Shown here piece after piece: positions 1 through 7,336 of a DNA stretch of 17,496 bases. The position numbers and the translations under genes are program-made. The DNA comes from an uncultured archaeon (GTDB lineage: Archaea > Asgardarchaeota > Lokiarchaeia > Sigyniarchaeales > SOKP01): contig CAZBPC010000070.1 of assembly GCA_964493715.1 (NCBI GenBank), positions 1 to 17,496 on the forward strand, given 5' to 3'. Under the pieces are notes generated by a model that did not search any database, was not told where the DNA came from, and saw nothing but the letters and a program-made list of their open reading frames with translations. Numbering within the stretch: position 1 is the first letter of the stretch; each line of letters starts with the position of its first letter.

Positions 1-62
1 AGTTATTAATCAAAATTTTTAAAACTCATAAAAGATAGAAAAATCTAAAGGTGAATCAAAAA

Positions 63-1199
63 ATGGTTGTATCAGACATATATGAAAGATTGCGCGTATT
101 ATTGAGTAAAGGTGAAAATGTTATTGGATTGCCAAAACATGAAGTAACAATGAAATTATTGAAAAACATGTTTACTCAACAAGAAGTTGAAATTTTAACT
201 TCAAGTTTTAGCAAAGTCAGTACTCCGATGAATGTGAAAAAGATTTCAAGGCTATCAAATATAGCTATTGATGATTTGACAGATATACTTGAAGACATGT
301 ATCATAAAGGAAAATTAATAAAGTTAGGCACTCTGTATGTCTTATTACCTTATCTACCCGGTGGTTTTGAAGTATATTTCACCACTAATCGGGATGACCC
401 AGAGAGAATGAAGAAGGCCGCAGAAGCACACTTGGAATTATTTAAATTAGGATTTCCTTATGAATTAAGTGCTAGCGATTATACGATTTATCGCGTAATT
501 CCTACAATAAAACCCACTGAAAGATTGATTGAAATAGAAAATTCAATGGAATTGACACATCAAATCTTACCTTTTGAAATTTTAAAAGAATATTTAGAAA
601 AGGCAAATCCGAAAGTATATGCCGTCGTTCCATGTAGTTGTAGAAATGCCGCAAAGTTAGCTGGAGAGCCATGTAAACAAACAAATGAAAATTTTTGTGT
701 TACTACGGGAACCTTGGCAAAAATGGTTATTGAACAAGGAGTTGGACGTGAAGTTTCTTTAGATGAATTAATGGATGTAATGGAAAGGGCAGAAAAGGAA
801 GGTTTAGTTCATGAAACATTTAACATGCAAGATACGGCTACGTTTGTGTGCAATTGTTGTTCATGCTGTTGTGGGTTTTTAAAATCTGTAAAGGAACTTA
901 ACAATTACAATTCTATTACAAAATCCAATTTTGAACCCCATGTTCAACAAGAAGAGTGTACGTTGTGTGAAAAATGTTTGGAAATTTGCCCAATGGGAGC
1001 AATATATCATCATTGGCCTCACAAAGAAGATTCATCTGACAATGAAATCAAAATTCGACTAGATCGTTGCATAGGATGTGGGTTATGTGCTTCTAATTGT
1101 CCCGAAGAAGCTATTGTTTTAGAAAAGGTTCGAGAAGTTGTACCTGTTAAAAGTCAGATTGACTTGCTTACTCAAAGAGCTGCAGGGAAAACTCATTAA
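63..1199 (+). CDS. Cys-rich Fe-S protein with C-terminal 2x[4Fe-4S] ferredoxin domain (N-terminal wHTH-like region)
   Basis: Two ferredoxin motifs (CTLCEKCLEICP, CIGCGLCASNCP) plus a central Cys cluster (PCSCR...C...C and VCNCCSCCC). The ORF track starts at GTG 51, but that GTG lies within an SD-like AAGGTGA (48-54), 8 nt before the in-frame ATG 63, which is the more likely start. Confidence 0.8.
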   Translation: MVVSDIYERLRVLLSKGENVIGLPKHEVTMKLLKNMFTQQEVEILTSSFSKVSTPMNVKKISRLSNIAIDDLTDILEDMYHKGKLIKLGTLYVLLPYLPGGFEVYFTTNRDDPERMKKAAEAHLELFKLGFPYELSASDYTIYRVIPTIKPTERLIEIENSMELTHQILPFEILKEYLEKANPKVYAVVPCSCRNAAKLAGEPCKQTNENFCVTTGTLAKMVIEQGVGREVSLDELMDVMERAEKEGLVHETFNMQDTATFVCNCCSCCCGFLKSVKELNNYNSITKSNFEPHVQQEECTLCEKCLEICPMGAIYHHWPHKEDSSDNEIKIRLDRCIGCGLCASNCPEEAIVLEKVREVVPVKSQIDLLTQRAAGKTH

Positions 1200-1384
1200 A
1201 GTTTTTAATATCATTTTCCTCTACTAAAAAGATTTATATAGATAATCTATTTCAGTTCAATACTTAATTAATAAATAAAGATTTCTTGAAAATACTTACA
1301 TAATCATAATCATAAGAGATTTATTCTTGATATCACTTTTTAAAAGGAATTTTAATAGAAATTAATAGAGAGGTAGATGGAATT

Positions 1385-3532
1385 TTGAGTAATCGTAATA
1401 AAAAACCAAAGGAGGAGCCTAAGGGAAGACTTGATGAAACAATTATTGATAGATTATCTGAATTCTGGCCTGAACCTCGAGAACAACTTCATTTTGGTGG
1501 TTGGAAAACTACTTATGAACTTGTTGAGAAATTAGACTTAAAAAATGTAAAAAATGTGCTGGATCTCTGTTGTGGTGAAGGTAGTACAGCCTGTTGGCTA
1601 GCAAAAGAATATAGATGCAATGTAAGTGGGATTGATATATTAAGTAAAGCAATAAGTGTTGCTAAAAGTCGAGCAAAAGAACTTGGTGTATCTGATTTAG
1701 TAGATTTTAAAGAAGGAGATATTTTTAAACTACCTTATGAAGATAATTCATTTGATGCTGTATACGGTCAAGATCCAGATGGTATTGCTCACAAGGATAG
1801 AAAATTAATATTCAATGAAATACGGAGAACCCTCAAACCTCAGGGGAGGTTTGGTTTCCAATTGTGGATCCCTTTTTCAACGGTTTCAAATGAAAGAGTA
1901 AAGTATTTTGAAGAAGTTACTTCTGAAGTCGGATTTTCGGAAATGATAAGACTTTCTGTTCATGATTTTATTCAAGATTTGAAAGAAGCAGGGTTTACAA
2001 ATATAATCGTTGAGGATCTTAGTGAAATTTATAGTAATCATATGCGAGGAATGGAGAAGAAATATGGGGAAAAACTGGCAAGTCCGGATAAATGGCATAA
2101 AATGCTCCTGGAAATGGTAGATGATGGATTGAAATTTGGAGTAAGAATAATTGCTAAAGTTGTCAAAGATCAAAAACAAGCAAGCTTTTCAAAAGATTTA
2201 CCTAAAGCAGAAGAGCTATATTTCTATGGAACTGGAGTATTCAGCCTAGATCATATATTTGATTTTGATACAATCGCAGAAGAAAGAAAATATAGGAAAA
2301 TTATATTAGATTATTTGGTTAAAAATCATTCTAAATTTGATTGGTCTGAAGAAGGTTCGGGAGTGTTGGCTTCTGGTGCAGTTGATAATTATTCACCTCC
2401 TAAGGTAGGCAATTTTTTAAGTGTAGATATTACAGATGTTGTTGAATCAAAAGAATTTAATATTAGAATTAATGATGAAAAATTCCTTGATGTGAGGATT
2501 GATGAAATTTATATAGATATATATCACTTTAATTGTGCTATCCTTCATTTCATGGCATATATCCCTCAAGAATCTTGGCAAGACAAGGAAGTTTTAAAAC
2601 GGGTAAGATTCTTTATTCAAAGACATTTGCATCCGTTAACAGAATTTGGTATAGATATGGAATCCATTTTTGCTCCTACAATTATTGAATTAAATTTGAT
2701 TTTTAATAAGGTTGTAGAAGAGATTAACCCTCCAATTTTAAAGACTCCAATTATGGATTTTACTCAATTGAGCGATGAAATGACTACTCAATTATTTTGG
2801 ACACATGCTACAATAGTTGCTGCCATGCCAGAAGATTTTGATGTTAATTCCGAACATTTTCAGGAGGTTCTTCTTAACGTCAACCCAGAGGGGGTTTTTA
2901 ACTATTCAATTGTGCCTAATATCTTTGCTTATGTAGAATCTGGAGATTCACTGATCTGTTTGCCAAACGTTCCCGATATTCGTAATAGATCCCCAAAAAC
3001 TATAGCAAACGAGGATTGGATCCAATGGATAGCAATACAACATTACACTTGGAAGACAGCTTGGGAATTGGACAGAGGATTTTATGTTCTCTTGAATGTT
3101 GTCACATCTCACTTAAAATACAAGAGAACTGAAGAATACAGTGATGTCTATGCTGTAAATGCCTTGCTAAATCATATAATTTTAGTATTAGACACACACA
3201 AGCCTCGAAATGTCACCTCTACATATTATAGCATTACATTTATCGAGAGAATACGTAAATCTTGGAGAACTGATGATATCCTTGAAGCTGCTACCTCAAA
3301 GATGGGAATGCTACGTGATTTAATAAGTCAATTAGATGAAATTGAATCTTCAAGAAGGAGTAAAAGAGTCGAGTTATTTCTTACATTACTTGGTATATTT
3401 GCTTTAGGAAGTTTGGTTCTTGATTTCTTAGGTGCAATTTCAATAACAATTCCAGACTGGATAACAATTACCTTAGGATTAAGCATACCATCCATTTTTT
3501 CAATTATAGCTTATCGATTACTGAAAAAATAA
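1385..3532 (+). CDS. Class I SAM-dependent methyltransferase fused to a CorA-like domain with two C-terminal TM helices
   Basis: aa ~35-258 carry LHFGG, motif I VLDLCCGEG, SGIDI, GDIFKLPYEDNSFDAVY and RTLKPQGRF. The C-terminus has a long amphipathic stalk (ERIRKSWRTDDILEAATSKMGMLRDLISQLDE) then two hydrophobic helices and a basic tail (RLLKK). TTG start with SD GAGGT at 1370-1374. The MTase call is solid; the CorA-like call is an inference. Confidence 0.7.
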   Translation: MSNRNKKPKEEPKGRLDETIIDRLSEFWPEPREQLHFGGWKTTYELVEKLDLKNVKNVLDLCCGEGSTACWLAKEYRCNVSGIDILSKAISVAKSRAKELGVSDLVDFKEGDIFKLPYEDNSFDAVYGQDPDGIAHKDRKLIFNEIRRTLKPQGRFGFQLWIPFSTVSNERVKYFEEVTSEVGFSEMIRLSVHDFIQDLKEAGFTNIIVEDLSEIYSNHMRGMEKKYGEKLASPDKWHKMLLEMVDDGLKFGVRIIAKVVKDQKQASFSKDLPKAEELYFYGTGVFSLDHIFDFDTIAEERKYRKIILDYLVKNHSKFDWSEEGSGVLASGAVDNYSPPKVGNFLSVDITDVVESKEFNIRINDEKFLDVRIDEIYIDIYHFNCAILHFMAYIPQESWQDKEVLKRVRFFIQRHLHPLTEFGIDMESIFAPTIIELNLIFNKVVEEINPPILKTPIMDFTQLSDEMTTQLFWTHATIVAAMPEDFDVNSEHFQEVLLNVNPEGVFNYSIVPNIFAYVESGDSLICLPNVPDIRNRSPKTIANEDWIQWIAIQHYTWKTAWELDRGFYVLLNVVTSHLKYKRTEEYSDVYAVNALLNHIILVLDTHKPRNVTSTYYSITFIERIRKSWRTDDILEAATSKMGMLRDLISQLDEIESSRRSKRVELFLTLLGIFALGSLVLDFLGAISITIPDWITITLGLSIPSIFSIIAYRLLKK

Positions 3533-3575
3533 ATCAAATTAGGATAAGAATAATTGTATTACATTGATTAATTAT

Positions 3576-3594
3576 AAAAGAAAAAGAAAAAAAA
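3576..3594 (-). terminator. Oligo-T tract, putative archaeal-type terminator of heliorhodopsin
   Basis: Minus strand reads TTTTTTTTCTTTTTCTTTT immediately after the tandem TAA TAA stops (3600-3595). Confidence 0.5.
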
Positions 3595-3597
3595 TTA

Positions 3598-4458
3598 TTA
3601 GCCAGTTGGAGAGAATACTCCCCCGAAAACTAACCATGCTAAAAACGTTTTAGAGACAAGACTAAGTATAATGTACATTTTTTCACCATATAAATAATCT
3701 TTCCATTTACCTACGCCTTTATATTGGAGAATCATATTAATCGCAAATGTATTAAAAAAGAATAATTCAATTGCATAAATCCAATATACAAACCCGGGAA
3801 TCTCTCCACCATTTACTCCTGTGTTAATGAAATATGCTGAGATAACGATCCAAGGAACTGCACCAGCGACTACTCCAAGATAGTAAGCAGTCCATCTAAC
3901 TTTTTCCTTTAATTTTCTCGTATATACATTATGGAGTTCCATCATTAGACCAAACATGTTCATCAAGGCATTAGATATAAAGATCATAAATAAAGCCCAG
4001 AAATCTAAGACTCCAAAGAATAAAGCGATTAAGACTATCATAATTGAGCTTGAAAAAGCATATTCAAACCATCGAACTTTATTAATTCCTTTCTTTAGAT
4101 CTCTATTATATACTTTATTCAATGGGTAAGCAATTAGAAAGTGTGCGATTGCAGATAAGAGAAGGAACGTTCCAACAAACGCACCAAGAGCCGTGAAAGC
4201 AAATATTACTTCTGGATTTGGAGAAAGTGTAGGTGGGGGACCAAGATCAAATTCTAAATAGAAAGTATAGATATTTACCGAAAAACTCAAGAAGGGTAAA
4301 AATCCAAAGAGTACCATCAATAAACCTTGTACTAGATGCAAGATCATGGCATTACGATTAAATTTTTTCAGGTATTCAAAAGTTATCTCTGATTTTGGGA
4401 TTAACCATTCATCTTCATTTTTTATAGAATTCATAATCATAATATTTCGCTTTAGCAT
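3598..4458 (-). CDS. heR: Heliorhodopsin (HeR)
   Basis: Seven hydrophobic segments with HeR signatures: LHLVQ (H41/Q44), SAIAH (S102/H106), RWFEY counterion (R129/E132), FGLMME, FFNTFAIN, and GEKMYIILSLVSK with retinal Lys K270. Alternative starts are ATG 4440 and 4434. Confidence 0.95.
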   Translation of the reverse strand: MLKRNIMIMNSIKNEDEWLIPKSEITFEYLKKFNRNAMILHLVQGLLMVLFGFLPFLSFSVNIYTFYLEFDLGPPPTLSPNPEVIFAFTALGAFVGTFLLLSAIAHFLIAYPLNKVYNRDLKKGINKVRWFEYAFSSSIMIVLIALFFGVLDFWALFMIFISNALMNMFGLMMELHNVYTRKLKEKVRWTAYYLGVVAGAVPWIVISAYFINTGVNGGEIPGFVYWIYAIELFFFNTFAINMILQYKGVGKWKDYLYGEKMYIILSLVSKTFLAWLVFGGVFSPTG

Positions 4459-4610
4459 TTAAAAAAACCGTTTTAAAATTATTAATTTTCATCTCAAATT
4501 GATGCCTACAGAGCTGGTTGGATTCCTCTGTTTGTATTAGTAATTTTAGTTAATTCTTGAATAATGAGATTTAATATTTAATATTTTAAAAAAAAGAGAT
4601 TTAATACGAT

Positions 4611-6350
4611 TTATTCATTCATCTCATACTCATCCTTTAAGGAATGGACAGTTTTCCATACTCTTTTAAACCTATCTGGATCTACGTTTGGTTTTTTTAT
4701 CATTTTTAAGCACCATTCCATTTGTTCAGGGGTGGTACTTGACTTATTATACAAGCTCAATGCGTACTTGGAAAAATCTCTCACTAGGAAATCAAAAATT
4801 TGGTCTATAGTATCTCCATCTAAGATATAAATAGCTGCATTTTCAATAATTAAATGAGCATATACTATTAAAGAAAAAATCTCACCAATGCCAGATAGCA
4901 TGAAATCCATATCTTTTTGTTGGTCAACACTTGGAGTAGCTTTATTTCCAAGTAAATTAAACAATTTTATTTGTTCTAAGAAAATTTTGACGTTTGGTAA
5001 ATCATATTTTTCAAAAGCGGGTTTCCAATCATGAAGTCTAACGCGTCCTAAACCTCTTGTAGGACCTTGGTTGAATAAAAAGTCATCATTTCCCACTTGA
5101 TCTTGTTTAGGAACAGGTTCAAATTTCTTATGATTCATAAAAAAGTTGAGCATGAATTTTAAAATTAACGCAATGTTTACATGAACTGTTCCTTCGAGTT
5201 TGGGTAATGCTCGTATATCTTTCGCCGCCATTTCAAAGTACATGTCTTTCTCAAATCCTTTAGCAGCAATAACGTCCCACAAAAGGTTGATTACTTCTTC
5301 TCCTTGGGTTGTAGTTTTCATTTTCATAACGGGGGAATAAAGTAGGTAGCGTCTATCCTTATTAGAAGCAATCCTCATGTAATCTGCTGTCCTCAAACCG
5401 AATAATTTCATTGCAACAAGACGGGTATAAGCATCAACAAAATTCTGTTTAACATGTTGAAAATCAGTAACATGCATTTTATACAACTGACGATGGGAAG
5501 CATGATGTATTGCTTCATAAAACGCGTGCGTACAAATACCTATTGATGCCCAACCTAAATTATATTTCCCAACATTAACAGTATTTAATGAGGAATTCCA
5601 AGCATCCTCCCCTTTCGAAAGAATGTCTTCTTCATTAATAGGATAGTCATGAAGTGCAAAATTTGAAACGTAATTTTGGCTATCACACACGTTTTTAATT
5701 AATTCATAATTTTTGTGCTTATAATTTGCCACAAAGAATACATACTGTTCTTTATTTTTCATATCATATTCTGGAATTTTTCCATTCTTATCCGCAAATT
5801 TCCCAAAGTTTGATACCATCTCTGCTTCATTACCGTTTCCAATATAATATTTTTCTCCATTTGCTTTATAAGTCCCATCATCTTGAGGCGTGAGAGCCAT
5901 TTCAGAAGCATAAATGTCCGCGCCATGATCCTTTTCTGATAGACCAAACGCAAAAATAGCCCCTTCTTCAAGTAATTTAGCAGCTTTTTTTTTCGCTATT
6001 TCATTATTACTCATCCATATTGGACCTAATCCCAATATTGAAACCTGCCAGGTATACCAGTAACTGAGGCCATAAAATCCCAAAATTTCATTAAATTCAC
6101 ATATTCTCCAAGTATCCCAACGATAATTATTATCTTTTCCATATTGGGAGGGTGTAAGAAGTTGAGCAAAAAGTTTATTTTTTTTCTGGAATTCAAGAAA
6201 ATCAGAATACCAAACTTTATTATGATCATCTTCTTTAATTTTAGCCAGACCTTTATTCTCAAAAAATTCAACAGTTTTAGCCATTATTTCGTCAGAATTT
6301 TTATCTGGATAGTAACGATCACGTTTTTTAGGATTCAATAAAAGTGTCAT
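4611..6350 (-). CDS. Acyl-CoA dehydrogenase (long FadE-like subfamily)
   Basis: FAD-binding motifs AFGLSEKDHGAD and ANGEKYYIGNG, RQLY...FQHV, and C-terminal AAKGF...LPKLEGTVHVN with a putative catalytic Glu. Confidence 0.9.
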   Translation of the reverse strand: MTLLLNPKKRDRYYPDKNSDEIMAKTVEFFENKGLAKIKEDDHNKVWYSDFLEFQKKNKLFAQLLTPSQYGKDNNYRWDTWRICEFNEILGFYGLSYWYTWQVSILGLGPIWMSNNEIAKKKAAKLLEEGAIFAFGLSEKDHGADIYASEMALTPQDDGTYKANGEKYYIGNGNEAEMVSNFGKFADKNGKIPEYDMKNKEQYVFFVANYKHKNYELIKNVCDSQNYVSNFALHDYPINEEDILSKGEDAWNSSLNTVNVGKYNLGWASIGICTHAFYEAIHHASHRQLYKMHVTDFQHVKQNFVDAYTRLVAMKLFGLRTADYMRIASNKDRRYLLYSPVMKMKTTTQGEEVINLLWDVIAAKGFEKDMYFEMAAKDIRALPKLEGTVHVNIALILKFMLNFFMNHKKFEPVPKQDQVGNDDFLFNQGPTRGLGRVRLHDWKPAFEKYDLPNVKIFLEQIKLFNLLGNKATPSVDQQKDMDFMLSGIGEIFSLIVYAHLIIENAAIYILDGDTIDQIFDFLVRDFSKYALSLYNKSSTTPEQMEWCLKMIKKPNVDPDRFKRVWKTVHSLKDEYEMNE

Positions 6351-6492
6351 AATTTCAATCTCATTATTTTATTTACCAATATCTAGCTAAAAGATACGAA
6401 ATTTTTTAAAAATTATGAATACAATTTAAAATAATTAAAAACAAGAAGAAGTATTTATTAAAATGATTATATATGAATGAGATGACAAAAAA

Positions 6493-7239
6493 TTGAAAAG
6501 AAAACCAAAACGTGGATTTTTAACGGCACTTCTCATAGGTTTTGACGAGAAAGAGATCCATGCGTGGAAAGTGTATAGTCATTCTTTAAGATTTTATAAA
6601 ACTATCAGATTAACTCGAAAATGGAAATACTTGGATGAGAAACAAATATATCATTCACTCGAAGAATTAGTAAATCTCATTCGAATTGTTATTAAAGAAG
6701 GAGTAAAGAGCATTTTATTAGCAGGTCCACTGAAAACAGATTATTCAACCATCTTTTTAGATCATATTAATAAACATCACCAGTGGTTGGTTCGTACAAA
6801 AGGATATGATCGAGTAAGTTTTGGTGAGATTGTTGGAACTGCTAATACATTAGACAGTGCTAACTATTTAATTTCTCAGGAGAAATCATTAAATATTATT
6901 TCTGAAACTACATCTGACGAAATAAATCTACTAGTTAAACAGTTAAATAAAATAATCAACATCGGTGATCCTAGCAGAATACTGTTGTATAATTTGGAAG
7001 AGATTGAATCTCTCATTTATGGAAGGGGTAAAAAAGACAAATCCGCAGCAGAAAAGCTAGATTTCTTAATCGTAACGGAAAATTTCATTAACAACCATAG
7101 GAGTAAGCATCGAATACATCGTCTCATACAAATTGCGAATAATAAGGGAATTATAACAAAGACAATATCAATTGAAAATCCAGCAGTGGATCGTTTTGAT
7201 CAATTTGGAGGGATTTTGGCTTTCAAAAAGACAAATTAA
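6493..7239 (+). CDS. Pelota/eRF1-like protein comprising only middle (eRF1_2) and C-terminal (eRF1_3) domains
   Basis: The N-terminal half resembles the pelota M domain (LLIGFDE...SILLAGP). The C-terminal half matches the eRF1_3 pattern (LYNLEEI...FLIVTEN...LIQIANNKG...ISIENPAVDRFDQFGGILAF; cf. pelota GxQLxxLGGIAAIL). TTG start. Confidence 0.65.
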   Translation: MKRKPKRGFLTALLIGFDEKEIHAWKVYSHSLRFYKTIRLTRKWKYLDEKQIYHSLEELVNLIRIVIKEGVKSILLAGPLKTDYSTIFLDHINKHHQWLVRTKGYDRVSFGEIVGTANTLDSANYLISQEKSLNIISETTSDEINLLVKQLNKIINIGDPSRILLYNLEEIESLIYGRGKKDKSAAEKLDFLIVTENFINNHRSKHRIHRLIQIANNKGIITKTISIENPAVDRFDQFGGILAFKKTN

Positions 7240-7280
7240 AATAGTATAGAGCAAAAAAATGCATTTTAAGAAAAATTTAT

Positions 7281-7293
7281 TGATTTTAATTCG
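7281..7293 (+). promoter_or_regulatory. Putative Lrp/FFRP-type operator TGATT-TTA-ATTCG upstream of iorAB
   Basis: 12/13 identical to the site at 17373-17385 (minus strand) and 11/13 identical to the site at 13064-13076. Confidence 0.4.
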
Positions 7294-7336
7294 ATACTAA
7301 ATATTATTTATTTTAGTAAAGATAGCTAATGTGATA

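Noticed and set aside
1299-1315. Short tandem repeat CATAAT-CATAAT-CATAA
   Set aside because: Under three units of an AT-rich hexamer; not distinguishable from chance.
4440-4512. Fluoride-riboswitch-like fragments (AAACCG...GATGCCTAC) on the plus strand
   Set aside because: The 5' GGnGATGRnGTTCnCC element is absent, and the orientation is antisense to HeR with no downstream gene on that strand.
6397-6428. Possible operator copies CGAAA-TTT-TTTAA and TGAAT-ACA-ATTTA between the ACAD and pelota-like genes
   Set aside because: Only one half-site matches in each, which is too weak in AT-rich DNA to add the ACAD to the candidate regulon.
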